Below, piece by piece: positions 13,190-26,642 of a stretch of DNA of 64,000 nucleotides; within the stretch, counting starts at the first letter, position 1, and the number at the start of each line of letters is the position of its first letter. The notes below the pieces were generated by a model that did no database searches, was not told the DNA's origin, and saw only the letters and a program-made list of their open reading frames with translations. Where the stretch lies: contig NC_043002.1 of assembly GCF_006345805.1 (NCBI RefSeq), forward strand, positions 79,918,001-79,982,000. The letters run 5' to 3'. Both the position numbers and the translations under genes were made by a program. The stretch is from Octopus sinensis. Taxonomy: Eukaryota.

Positions 13190-13327
13190 ACCACGGGCAT
13201 ATGGCGTAGTAGATAAGAGCGCGCGCTACTAACTCCAAGGTTTCTAGTTCGATTCCAAACGGTGACCTGAAGAATAATAATGATGATGATGATGATGATG
13301 ATATTAATAATAATAATAATAATAATA

Positions 13328-13363
<36 letters not shown>

Positions 13364-13556
13364 CAACAACATCGAAAGATACCTTAGGAATGAGAACCCA
13401 GGTTCGAAATTTCCCCAAGACACCTGATGAACGCTGGAGAGTATATCATCCGAAACGTTGTATTAACAAAATACCTGATGGAGACAAATATCCGTCAAAT
13501 GTAAATAATGTAAATAATGTACATAATCCCCCATCTCTTAAATATAGAACTGAAAT
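13190..13556 (+). mobile_element. SINE family E: tRNA-like head, (GAT/AAT/CAA)n linker and hammerhead-bearing tail
   Basis: A box TGGCGTAGTAG, B box GTTCGATTCC, microsatellite, then a tail almost identical to 63710-63894, including GACACCTGATGAA..CCGAAACGTTGTATT. Confidence 0.85.
13421..13466 (+). ncRNA. degenerate minimal hammerhead ribozyme in SINE E
   Basis: GACAC-CTGATGA-A-CGCTG..CATCC-GAAA-CGT-T-GTATT. Stem II and stem I carry mismatches relative to the 63761 copy. Confidence 0.6.
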
Positions 13557-13580
13557 GTCTTCTATAACACACCTAACGTA

Positions 13581-13709
13581 TTGTTTTATTATTCTACTTG
13601 TTTCAGGCACTTGACTGCAGCCATGCTGGAGCACTACCTTTAGTCGAACAAATATCGACCGCAGGACTTATTCTTTGTAAGCCTAGTACTCATTCTATCG
13701 GTCTCTTTG
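13581..13709 (-). mobile_element. 5'-truncated SINE family A tail with target-site duplication
   Basis: Family A 3' tail flanked by the direct repeat ACACCTAACGTA (about 13569-13580 and 13712-13723). Confidence 0.8.
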
Positions 13710-13974
13710 AACACCTAACGTAGCTTAACGTCTTTAAAAAATTTGGATAATGGAATCCGTGATAGACATTTTATGGGTAATATATAGGCGGGAATGAAAT
13801 GGATGGCATGGTTGGAATGTCTTTAATCATATGTTTTTTCCATTTAGAGATGAAATGGTGCTTGAAGCCAACACGTGCAACGAAACCACTTCCATATTCG
13901 TACCCTTCATTTTTTTTTTACTGTCACTATCAAACCATCGCACACCTCTTACCCCTCCTCCACATAATTGTTAA

Positions 13975-14530
13975 TATCATCATCATCATCATCATTATCA
14001 TCATCATCGTCGTCGTCATCATTGTCATTATCATCACATTCATCATCTATATAATCATCATCATCGTCATCATCGCCATGGTCATGATCCTGATCATGAT
14101 CACCATCGTCATCATCATAATCATCATCATCGTATTCATCATCATTATCATCATCACCATCGCCATCATCGCCATGATGATGATCATCATCGCCATGGTC
14201 ATGATCATGATCATGATCACCATCGTCATCATCATAATCATCACCATCATCATCATCATCATCATCATCGTATTCATCATCATTATCATCATCACCATCG
14301 TCATCATCGCCATGATGATGATGATCATCGCCATGATCATGATCGTGATCCTCATCGCCATCGTCATCATCATCATCATCATCATCAATATCATCGCCAT
14401 CAACATCCTGATCCTCATCTTCATCATCATCATCAGCAGCGGCATCAGCATCAGCAGCAGCAGCAACATCAGCATCATCACGATCATCATCATCCTCGTC
14501 ATCATCCCCTATACCACGGTCATCATCATT
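13975..14530. repeat. compound (ATC)n tract with higher-order duplication
   Basis: ATC/GTC/ATG variants; a block of about 115-140 nt recurs. It produces the poly-Ile, poly-Asp and poly-Met ORFs. Confidence 0.93.
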
Positions 14531-15074
14531 ACAGTTATTTTCGGCATAAACAGCTTGCAAAATAACTCGCAACAACAACAACAACAACAACAACAACCGC
14601 AACTACAACTAATAACCCAATCACAATGACTCAATCAAGAAGTAATTATCCCCCCCCCGCCTCACTAGCAGCACACATCACGCCACATTTAACCCCACTC
14701 CTACTCACATCGCCCTCCCCCTCCCGGGCGCAAACAAATAAATAATACATCACCAGACAGAAAAAACACATGACAATGTCAAAAGTAACAAACTAAAACA
14801 ACAAAAACAACAACAACGACAACAACAACAACAACAACAGCAACAAGAACAACATCGACCGTATCGGCAACAATAATAAGTGCGGCGAATATAGCAACAA
14901 CAAAACATCCACTAAGCACTAAAATGATTTTTGATATAAAATTTCTGAATCAATTAAAGACAAAAACAAAAGAAAGAAGAAAAAAAATAAAATCTAACGG
15001 GAAACATTGTGAGACTTGTAGATAGATAGATAGCCATGTAATGAAATTATGCTCTGGAAGTCTGCAACTAATTT

Positions 15075-15575
15075 GGGAAAGGGAGGAGGGAAGGAAGAGG
15101 AGGAGGAGGGTTAAGAGGAGGAAGGGGAGAAGGGAGACGAGGAAGAAAAGGGAGAGGAGGCGGAAAAGTGAGAGAAGGGGAGGAAAAGAGAGAGAAGAGG
15201 AGGGGAAGGGAGAGTAGGAGGGTGAAGAGGAGAAAGAGGAGAAGGGAGAGGAGGAGAAGGGAGATAAAGAGGAGGAAAAGGGAGAGAAGAAGCGGAAAAG
15301 GGAGAGAAGAAGAGGAAAAAGGAGAGAAGAGGAGGAAAAGGGAGAGAATAGGAATGGAAGGGAGAGTAGGGGGATAAGAGAGAGAAAGAGGAGGAGAATG
15401 GGGAGGAGGAAAAGGGAGAGAAGATGAGGAGAAGGGAGAGAAGCGGAGGAGAATGGGGAGAAGATGAGGAGAGTCGAGGAGGAGGTGGAGCAGAGAGGAG
15501 AGGAGAGGAGAGGAGAGGAGAGGGAGGAGAAGGGAGAGAAGAGACGAGTAGAAGGGAGAGGAAAGGAAGAGGAGG
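15075..15575. repeat. about 500-bp polypurine (GGA/GAGA) tract
   Basis: Almost exclusively G/A on the plus strand. Confidence 0.93.
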
Positions 15576-15589
15576 ACTATTCAGAACTT

Positions 15590-16005
15590 TTATCCTTCTT
15601 TATCTTTTAAACGTGTTCCAGGTCGTTAGCCTGCGGCCATGTTGGGGCACCGCTTTGAAGAATCGACCTCAGTGACTTTTTTGTTTGTTTTACTTCTAAG
15701 CTTGGTACTTATTCTATCGTTCGCTTTTCCAGAACCGCTAGGTTACAGAGACATAAGTTACCGTTGTCAAGCGATGGTGGGCGACAACACAGACACACGC
15801 GCATACACATATGCGCGCGCACACACACACATATACATACACACACACCTACGTACTCGACGGGCTTGTTTCAGTTCTCATCCACCCACAGTTTTGGTTC
15901 GTCCGGAGGTTAAAAGAGAAGGGACTTGACCATGGTGCCACGCAGTACGACTGAACTTGCAACCATGTGGCTGAGAAGCAAGCTTCTTACCACACATTCA
16001 CCTCC
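15590..16005 (-). mobile_element. SINE family A, diverged
   Basis: Tail, (CA) linker and head in reverse orientation. Confidence 0.75.
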
Positions 16006-16184
16006 TCCCACACATACATATGTATGCACATATACACACATTCGTGTCTGTGAAATGCTCAGCTACATGCACGTTAATATCACAAGCAGGCTGTTCCGTA
16101 GATCAACTGAATTCCTCGTCGTCGTAACCAACGAAGTACCTTCTAAATGCCAGTGACTACTGTAATAATAATCTTTTCTACTCT

Positions 16185-16365
16185 AGACACAAGGCCCGAA
16201 ATTTTAGGATAGAGGGCCAGTCGATGAGTCGACCCCAGTATGCAACTGGTACTTAATTTATCGACCCCGAAAGGATGAAAGGCAAGGTTGATCTCAGCGG
16301 AATTTGAACCCAGAAAGTAAAGACAGACGAAATACCGATAAGCATTTCGCCCGGCGTGCTAACAT
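16185..16365 (-). mobile_element. SINE family B
   Basis: GTCGACCCCAGT...GGATGAAAGGCAAGGTTGATCTCAGCGGAATTTGAAC...GGCGTGCTAAC. Confidence 0.85.
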
Positions 16366-17853
16366 TTAGACTGCGACCAACTACACTGTAGTTTCCGATG
16401 AGGTGCTGTTATAACCGAATTATTAAGATGTTCGTTTCGAAATCATGGCATCAGGGACTCGATCTCTTTGTGCACCATCTTCTCTAAGTGTATTCTATTA
16501 CAGCTTCTTGGTTATAAATAAAACCGGCCACACGGAAAGAGTGGAAGTTCGTTGCATAGAATGTACCAAGTATTGAAAAGACGACGAGATACGCCAAACA
16601 GCGTCACGCCAATTCTGCCCAGGAGTTACGTTCAAGATACAAATGTTTGCGAAATATTCAGTCACAATACAATACAAAAGCTGGGTGGTCCATTTTATGG
16701 AAGAACTAAAATAATCGCCGCTATCCATATTCACGTGATATATATTTTTACTTTTTAAGACTGAATCTTCTGGAAAACAGAGATGTGCAAGTGAATTATT
16801 CGAGATGGGCAGTTGCGATGAGAACATATGTGTCCAAATATAGTATTCTAAAAGGACGCGGTTCATTTTAAGAAACATTGAAAATAAATCTGATTATTGG
16901 TAGAAACGTTAGAGTATCTGACAGAGCCTTGAGATTTTCCTTCTGACTTATGCTATGAATTCATTTCCGAAGGGGGTCTTCTTTAACTTTCATTTGTAAA
17001 AATCGTTAAAATAACATACCAGTGATGTATTGAGGTCGATAGTAATACCTAACCCCAATCCCATCAAAATTGCTGGCCTAGTGCTTAAATCAGAAAACTT
17101 TATTACAAAGACGCCCCCCAGCTGTGTATGCTGTTAACAATGGAATTAATATATAATGAAAGAATGTTTCCAATGCTAGCATTGTTGGATTGTGTACGTT
17201 CCCATGGGGGACAACAAGCCGTACAGACACAGCATAAAGCCAGTTGATTACGTGACTCACTTCTCTGAGAGGTGAAGCATTATAGAGAGGAAGAAAGACA
17301 AATCCACCGGAGCTTTGTTTCATTCATTTAACACATTCGTAATGGTTAAGGTCACTGTCGAGCGAGAAGATTCAGCAAGTCGACATGGATCGACGACATC
17401 TCAGTGGTTTAAACGTGAAAGACATACGACAAAAGCATTCACGATAGATACTTACTGGCTGGTTGAAAACATGGTATTATATTTATTGGTTGATCTCCTA
17501 TCATCGATAGGAATAGACAGACCCCCGGCAGGTTTGAATGTTGTTGTTTTTTTAACAGTTTCGCATGGGAGGATTTGAAAGCAGTGATGCAAATTAAAAC
17601 CATACGGTCGTTAATTTTATTGCTCTCTCAATAACGTCGCATGGTGCCTATTTACAAAAAGTGAACTGAGTTTGCGAGAGTTAGCTATACAGTTACAGAA
17701 TAATTTTAGTGATGTCATACGAGAGGAAATTCTCTTGTTAGTGTATGCTGTATACTAACAACTCTGTAAACTTGAGAGAAATTCTAGGCGGTTGGACGAA
17801 GTGCTAGGTACAGGCGCATGCTCATACTAGCTCTCTGACTGTATTTTTATTTG

Positions 17854-17941
<88 letters not shown>

Positions 17942-18308
17942 GAATCTCACACGCACACGCATACAAACATGCTATGACGATAGCCATGATCTTTTTCTTT
18001 ATAGATCTTTTAATTCAACCCAGAACAAGAGTTAAACAGTAACAGAAAACAAAAACAAGAACAGCGGCAACAATGTCAGTGTCATCCCTTGCAGTTATCG
18101 TTGTCGTCGTCGTCGTCGTCGTCATCGTCATCATCATTATCATCATCATCATCATTACTATGATAACAATCATGATCATCATGATCATCATTATCACCAT
18201 CATCATTATCACCACGGCCATCAGATTCACCATTGTCGTCGTCGGTATTATTATCATCATCGCCGTCGTCGTCATCATCATCATCATCACATCATCATCA
18301 TCATCATA

Positions 18309-18710
18309 CTCTTTTACATGTTTCAGTCATTTGACTGCTGGAGCACCACCTTTAGTCGAGCAAGTCGACCCCAGGATTCGTTCTTTGTAAGCCTAGTACT
18401 TATTCTATCGGGCCCTTTTGCCGAACCGCTAAGTTACGGGGACGCAAACACACGACCATCGGTTATCAAGCAATGTTGGGGGTGGGGTACAAAGACCGGC
18501 ACACAAACATATACACACACATACATATACATATATATGCATATTTACGACGGGCTACTTTCAATTTCCGTCTACCAAATCCACTCACAAGGCTTTGGTC
18601 GGCCCGAGGCTATAGTAGAAGACACTTGACAAGGTGCCACGCAGTGGGACTGAACCCAGAACCATGTGGCTGGTAAGCAAGCTACTTACCACACAGCCAC
18701 TCCTGCGCCT
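18309..18710 (-). mobile_element. SINE family A, full length, between (ATC)n tracts
   Basis: Complete reverse complement, from the tail CTTTTACATGTTTCAGTC to the head ...CCACTCCTGCGCCT. Confidence 0.92.
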
Positions 18711-18741
<31 letters not shown>

Positions 18742-18779
18742 ACAGCAGCAGCAGCAAGGGCTGTAACAACTTGTTCCCG

Positions 18780-18985
18780 GTCGTTGAAGCACTAGAAATA
18801 GCAACCAAATCTCACTCAAATACCATCCACATGTTTTGAATAGGCACACGCATGATTAGGCAATATATTTCTAAATACGTACCATTAAAAAAAGATGTCG
18901 GGATGATCACGGCTGGAAAGCTTCTAGTCGCTTCTAGTCATAGGCTTGCTCAATCAGGACTGACCAGCGGCTAAAGATCAACAAC
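18780..18985 (+). mobile_element. dispersed retroposon tail (family F)
   Basis: CTAGAAATAGCA-CCAAAT...CACGGCTGGAA...GGCTAAA; related copies near 5200, 19420-19570 and 43140-43290. Confidence 0.5.
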
Positions 18986-19083
18986 AACCACAAAATCATC
19001 ACCATCATCGTCATCATCATCATCATCATCATTCATCATCATCACCACCATCATGATCATCACGATCATCATCATCATCATCG

Positions 19084-19123
<40 letters not shown>

Positions 19124-20053
19124 GATCATGATCATCATGATCATGATCATCATGATCATGATCATCATCATCGTCGTCATCGTCATCATCGACAGCCGCA
19201 TAACAATAGTACGGATAACAGCAGCAACAGCAACAATAGCAGCAGCATTCTCACATATTAAATTCCTAACTAATAGCTCCAGCTAGGTTATGGATGAACG
19301 GACAATTTGTCAAAGATTCAGTTATAGAGTGGTATTGCATCATTCATTCCATTGCCAGGTAACGCAACGGAAAACAATATGGCAAGCTGAGTGACTTTAC
19401 GAAGCAGCTCCTACCTGGTAACTTTACGTCCTAGAAATAGCAGCCAAATATGCAACAAATCTCACACTGCTGCCATGAAAAGATGGAGTAGACATTTGAT
19501 AATGTAGTGCTATCTAAATTCTGTCTGATAGAAAGATGGAAAGGTCACGGCTAGATTGGCTTTGATGATACGATTTCGAAATCAAAGCTGATTTGAGACT
19601 ACTCAAATCGGTTCTGATTGAAAAGTCGTATGACTATATACAATCTGGTGGTGACCTTTCTAGCTTTTTATCAGACAGTATTTAGATAAGACAACAGTAA
19701 TAACACTGGCGATTACTACGACGACTGTAAGAGCAACAACAATAACAACAACAACAACAACAACAGCAGCAGCAGCAGCAACAACAACGGCAACGACAAC
19801 AATAACAAAAATAACCAGAACAATGATAGCAACAACAACAACAACACGTGAAGAAAACAAGCTAATGACGAACATAATGCAATTATCGATCAATGAATTC
19901 AATACAATGATATCCAATAATGTTGTATCTAATAATATTCGATTTCATATCCACTAATAAGGATCCAAGATTAAGTTATATATGTATATATATGTATGTT
20001 TATACATATATGCATATATCTGCATATATATGCGTATATATGTACGTATATAC

Positions 20054-20117
<64 letters not shown>

Positions 20118-20224
20118 GTAGTTATATGCATGTAGACGTTATATGTGTGTATATGTCTGCATGTCTATCTGTGTTTAAACATGTATACATACGTAAATAC
20201 GTGTCTATACATACGTATGTATAT

Positions 20225-20265
<41 letters not shown>

Positions 20266-20915
20266 GAGTACCAATACACACACAAACATGTATGCTTAAA
20301 TACGCGCGTGCACACACATATAAGTGTTTGTACAATTATGTAAGTGTACTGTACATATATAGATATATATATATTCTTACACATATATATATATATTATA
20401 TATATATATATATACATATATATAAACATATATATATCTATATACAAACAGACAAAATTATATATATATGAGCTTTTCGATATCAAGGTGTCAGATTACG
20501 TATGTATGAGTGTATGCAGGTACGCATGTGCGGTTTACTTTCTGTGGATCTATCTGCGTGTGCCTATATATTTCTATATACTCTGTGAGTGTACAAATGG
20601 ATCTACACATATATGTACATAAAAGCAAAACCGTGTAGTGCGAGTGGGAGAGGGGTTAGGTGAAAGTTAACTTATTTAAAAAAGAATTCTGTTAAGGGAT
20701 GCACTTAGTAACCTCCGATCACTTTATGAATAAACATTTGAAGACAGTATTTAACGACAAATAAACTACGTAGAAAATAAGAGGTAACCATGGCAATATT
20801 AACACCTTTGCATGATGTCAAATATAGTGGTAAACATGGAGAAAAAAACTGGTGTGAATCGGTATAAAATGTCTTTTTAGAAGTGTAGATGTTAAGTACG
20901 TATATGTATATGTGA

Positions 20916-20973
<58 letters not shown>

Positions 20974-22050
20974 TATATATATTACGTGTGTGTGTGTGTG
21001 TATATGTTAATGTGTATATATATAATATATATATATACATGTATATATATATATACATACACGTAAATACTATATATACATGTGTGTATATGTATATAAA
21101 TATATAGTTATGTTCAGTCTATGGTTTGAGTTTTTTCATGTATCACACACATACACGCATATATATATACATGCATGCATACATACATATATACATATAT
21201 ACATATGTACATATATATGTATATATATATATACATATATATGAGACGTAAAAAAAGACATTCTTCACAGACTAAATTTTAAAGAAATACATATATTTGT
21301 AAATAAATAACTGTTGGAATTTGTGTTTAATTATGGTTTATTCTGTTGCAACATCTAATATTATTTACTGAAAATTCCCACGGTGAAATTTGGGTTTCTC
21401 TCTCCTCTCCAGATACAATATAAGAGGTTAATATAAAGATCACAGAACTTCAAAGACATTTTTTTTCTTCTGACATAATTGTTTATCGTTTTATGTTTGT
21501 ATTTAGTTCCAGAGCACAGAGAAATAAGCTCATAATACGAACGCTTTAATTTTCTTCCGAACCCAAAGGAAGCCGAGTAATTATCGATGGTGATGAAACC
21601 CATTGCAACAGTAACCTTCGTAGCGTCTTATTCAGTTGTTCAGATAAATAGCAATGTCTACCAGCTTCCTCATATTATCCTTAGATATCACATATAAACC
21701 TATTGTAGTATTCAAGTGTATTCAAAACTGCCTTTTTTACTTATCATTAGGTAGCGTATCATGGGTAGTGATGGAGGACAATATATTCAGCGGCATTTCT
21801 TCCGAAATTGCTATTCCCAATTCAAATGTCACCGAGATCAACTTTGCTTTTTATTCTTTCAGGGTCGACAAAATATCTTACCAGAAGAGCGCTGGGCTCC
21901 ATGTAATCAACTTATTCTTTCTCAAAACCGAGCGGCCCTTTGTATTCTCGAGCAAAACAGTTCGTTTCACATTGTCTCAGTCTACTCATCTCTAAAGGGA
22001 TAATCTGGCGACGGACTAGCTTTCTGTTCAGAAGGAATGTTTACCCATTA

Positions 22051-22092
<42 letters not shown>

Positions 22093-22335
22093 AAAACATT
22101 ATTGGTGAATTGAAGAAATGAGCTGAAACGCGATTGAACAGAAATCGTTTTATTTCATTTACACGTGTTCGAAGGCACAAATTACCAAAATCCGATTGAA
22201 TAATGGGACATATTGTGTCTCTCTTCAGGAAGAAAAAGGAAATCCGTTGGAAAAACAAAAACAGAAACAGGGCTACAAGCTTATTCATCTTCTATTTCAC
22301 ATATCGATATATATATAGTATTTATATATGTACTA

Positions 22336-22366
<31 letters not shown>

Positions 22367-22508
22367 AATATATATAATTATATATATATATATGAAACGA
22401 TTTGCTCATGGTGATCAGAGTTTTCGAAAACCGAATTACTACAGGATCCATCCTCCAATCCATAATACATATAATATATATAGGAAAAAAGCCAGAAATG
22501 GATTAAAA

Positions 22509-22590
22509 TCTCGGTACGATGTTTCGTACGAGGACATCTTTAATAAGCTACAAATGCAGGAATACAGATGGCTCGTAATCGTCAGCGAAA
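22509..22590 (-). ncRNA. hammerhead ribozyme motif with long stem II
   Basis: Minus TTTCG-CTGACGA-TTACGAG.CATCT..AGATG..CTCGTAC-GAAA-C ATC G-TA-CCGAGA. The 10.1 position and the stem I register are imperfect. Confidence 0.6.
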
Positions 22591-22763
22591 AAACATCAGA
22601 GAATTCCCAAACATCAAAGGGGTAGATACAAAAGAGGTTGTAAGATTAACACCCCACTTGTCGTATGGTTAACACCATATAGATTCCGGTGCATCCTAGT
22701 TAAGGACCATATTCATGTGAATTCTTTAGAATTCACTTGAATCTCAATTACTTAACCGAATAC

Positions 22764-22800
<37 letters not shown>

Positions 22801-22859
22801 ATATATAAATAAATATGTATATATCTATATATTATATATATATATTAATATATATATAT

Positions 22860-22927
<68 letters not shown>

Positions 22928-22945
22928 CATATTTATTTATCTCTC

Positions 22946-23314
22946 TCTATATAAACGGCGGTTTGTCTTGCGTGTTTCTGTGTGTCTGTTTGATTGTACC
23001 CTCACCCTGACCACGGCTTAACCGATTCTGATGAACTTGACACACACATAGCCCAATGTCATAATTCAAAACTAACGCAGGCGAAATTTTGAAAAGTTCC
23101 CCCAGTTCTGAAAAAATCGATAAATTCGACATGGGGTCGAGAATCAGAAACACAAACCATAAACTGTCTAGGGGACGCAACTCCACCTTTTTTAAATCTC
23201 AAAAAAAATTACCATCATTTTTTTCCATTTTTGCTATTTTTTGGCTATAACTCTCTAAAAATGCTTTATAGTTATTTCCCTTACAAACCTGAGCAACGCC
23301 GGCGATACTGCTAG
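22946..23314 (+). mobile_element. non-autonomous Helitron-like element
   Basis: Starts TCTATATAAA and ends GAGCAACGCCGGCGATACTG-CTAG followed by T; no TIR or TSD. Confidence 0.6.
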
Positions 23315-23350
23315 TATATATATATATATTATATATATTATATATATATC

Positions 23351-23728
23351 GTGGTACTCCGTCGGTTACGACACCGAGAGTTCCAGTTGATCCGATCAAC
23401 GGAACAGCCTGCTCGTGAAATTAACGATCAACTGGCTGAGCACTCCACAGACAAGTACACCTTTAACGTGGTTCTCGGAGAGATTCAGCGTGACACAGTG
23501 TGAGACAACGCTGGCCCTTTTAAATACAGGTACAATAGAAACAGGAAGGAAGAGTGAGAGTAAGTTGTGGTGAAGGAGTAGAGCAGGGTTCGCCACCCAC
23601 CTGCCGGAGCCTCCAAACGCTGTAAGTGTTCTTGCTCAAAAAACACTGACAACGCCGGGTCTCGGAATCGAAACAGCGATCCAACAACCGCGTATCTGTT
23701 GCTCCAGCCACTGGGCCATTGCGCCTCC
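23351..23728 (-). mobile_element. tRNA-derived SINE family D
   Basis: Minus head GGAGGCGCAATGGCCCAGTGG...GTTTCGATTCC; tail shared with 12795. Confidence 0.82.
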
Positions 23729-23796
23729 ACACAAACACACCCCCATATAATATATATATAATATATATATTATTATATATATATATATATAATATA

Positions 23797-23827
<31 letters not shown>

Positions 23828-23896
23828 TATATATATAATATATATAATATATATATATATATATATTATATATATTTATATTATATATATATATAT

Positions 23897-24053
23897 ACGA
23901 CAGTTTCCTTTAATTTCCGTCTACCAAATCTACTCACAAGGATTTGTCGGCCCAAGTCTATAGGATAAGTCACTTGCCCAAGATGCTCCGCATTGGGACT
24001 AACCTGGAACCATGTGGTTGGGAAGCAAGCTTCTTACCACGCGGTCTTTCCTA

Positions 24054-24057
<4 letters not shown>
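23897..24057 (-). mobile_element. SINE family A, head portion
   Basis: CCGTCTACCAAATCTACTCACAAGG...GCTTCTTACCAC. Confidence 0.8.
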
Positions 24058-24087
<30 letters not shown>

Positions 24088-25811
24088 TATTATATATATA
24101 TATATTATATATATAGCTACATATTTATGCATGTATGTCTTTATACACAGATAGACATACAGATATACATACGTACATATATCTACATGCACACGCATAC
24201 ACACACTCACACAGATATACACCTACTTACCTAGGCACCGGACTAGCATCATTGGAAATCTGAAACGATGCAAAGCGCATTATGACCAGCGATGTATGGC
24301 AACATCCGTTAGTCTGGTTGATTACGATCACGTGATATGTTCGCGCGTGCGTGTGTGAGTGCGTATGCGTGTATGTGTATGTGTGTTTAATTATGAATGA
24401 TTATAGAGATGCAGTTTTTACTATTATATTCTGTAAGCATTACCACGATAAGGAAGATATAACGCTTCAGAGAACCAAATCTTTATTTGATATGTTTCCC
24501 ATTTCCAGTTTAAATAATTCATCTTAAAGTTTATTCCTTTTTACCAGTTTTCTTTCAAAAGACATACACTTTACTACCTCGCTTTTCTCCTTTTCCTTAT
24601 AAAACCGAAGCATGATAATAAAGTACGAATTTCATGACATGAAATCATGTTGAAATCCAGAATCTGAATAAACATGCTAATGTACACAAATGCATTAGAT
24701 CAGATGTCTTAAAATGCACAAATTATAATATTTTAGCTAATTAATAAATCTGGTTAATTCATACAATAATTTTATATAGAATACTATTATTTGGCAACGC
24801 GGTATTCGTCATAATTGATAATATAATTTTAAAAAATTTTATGAATAATCTTCGCATAAACTGACGTTTCCCTATTTTAAAACACAACTATTAAATTTTT
24901 AATTTTTCGAATTTTATTTATCTATTTGTTTATTTGTATATTAATTTCTAACAGTTTAATTCTGTTTCTGTATACATGTCTTTCTTGCGATAGTTATGCC
25001 TACTTCGACAGGAAGAGAGAGAGATAGAGATAGATAGAGAGAGAAAGAGAGAGAGAGAGAGAGAAGAGGGAGTGAGAGAAAAGAAAGAGAGAGAGAAAGA
25101 GAGAGAATGAAAGAGGAAGAGAGAAAGACAGAGAAACACGATAGAGAGAGAGGAGTGAGAGAAGAGAAAGAGAGAGAGAGAAAGAGTAAGAGAGAGATAG
25201 TTGGAAATATATATAATTATTCACTGTTTTAATGGGTACTAAAAAATATATAGAGACAATCGCCATGAACATGTTAGTCATGATGACGACGACGGCGATG
25301 GTGGTGGTAGTGGTGGTGGTTTTTTGATGACGAAAATGATGATGAAGATCATAATCATCATCGTCGTCATCATCACCACGAACATAATATAATTATACCC
25401 TTCATCATCTTAATCCTGATCATTGTTATCTTCTTTGCAACAGATGAATTGATAATTCATTAGTAACAACAACTGTAACGGCGGTTAAATAGCAACAAGA
25501 TAGCAATGTCAATAACATATTTCTAAATTGGGATGAGGCGAGGTAAAAGATACTTCAACGAGTTCATTGTTATTTAAAAATTAAAATAATCATTAAGATA
25601 TAGAAGATATTCTGCTACGTCAGAAATACGACCAGATAAAGCAATATGTCTAGATATATGAAAATGGCGTATAAAAAAGGTATAATAAATCACTAAAAGA
25701 TTTAACTAGTAAAATTTTAAATTATGCTTGATAAAGAAATGGTTCTATTATTTCGGATCAATTTGATATCCTACAAAATCACTGAAGAAACCAACCAGAG
25801 ATTTCATTTAC

Positions 25812-26245
25812 TTCGTGCGTTCAGGACAGCAGGTCCGTTTGAAGAAGAGGAAACTTCCTGTGAGCGAAGGAAAGTGGAGCGGCTATTGGGAGGTGGCTGC
25901 AGGTTTACCAGGATTCCAAAGAGTCTTTGCCGTTTCAGTTACGAAGAAACCGGATATTATCTTATTATGAGAAAGAAAGGAAGTGGTAAATCTAGTCAAG
26001 TTAACGGTTCTCAATGAAGATAACACGGACGCCGCCCGGCTCGATCGTTATGAAAACCTCATCGAGGAATATGAAGACGCACGGTGGAAAGCAAGGCATT
26101 TTCCAATCGAAGGCGGATGTAGAGGATTCGCCAGGTCTAATTCGTCATAAAGCAAACACCTCCATGCGTGATATCCAGACAACATACGTACATACATGCA
26201 CGCATGAATACCTGTCTTCTTATGGTTAATTAAGAAGTCAAAATA
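25812..26245 (+). mobile_element. decayed HERO-type non-LTR retrotransposon, RLE/C-terminal region
   Basis: Frame FVRSGQQ...WEVAAGLPGFQRVFAVSVTKKPDIILL*ERKEVVNLVKLTVLNEDNTDAARLDRYENLIEEYEDARWKARHFPIEGGCRGFARS...VFLWLIKK. It resembles the HERO signature RPDIVLW..ELTVPWE..KY..L...GW....P.EVGCRGF. Confidence 0.8.
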
Positions 26246-26597
26246 AAAGGCAATCACTAAAATTGGGAAAATATGTAAAAAAATTCCTAGAAGTATGTTA
26301 TAATAATTTTGCTTGTCACTCCGTTACTTAGCTTGCCCGAAACACTTCCACGTGATTAGCTGAAGGGAGAAAGAAGGGGGGAAGAGGCGGGAAAGAGGAT
26401 GGGAAATAAGGGAAGGGAAGGGAAAGGGGAGAGGAATTTGAGTGTTGAGGGAGAGGTGGTGGTGAATGGAATATGTAATTTTTTAAAACTGATTTTCTTT
26501 CTACGTTATTTAGCCCATCTTTAACGCTTTTACGTGATTAGTTAAAGGGAAAAGCGAAGAGCGAAAGAGAAAGGAGAAAGAAAAAGATTGTAAGGCG

Positions 26598-26642
<45 letters not shown>

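Noticed and set aside
16390-16430. CCGATGA-GGT..ACC-GAAT hammerhead-like motif
   Set aside because: Two core substitutions and no convincing stem I or III.
16560-16900. Possible pogo/CENP-B HTH remnant or TSP1-like exon
   Set aside because: The similarities are weak, mutually exclusive and interrupted by stops.
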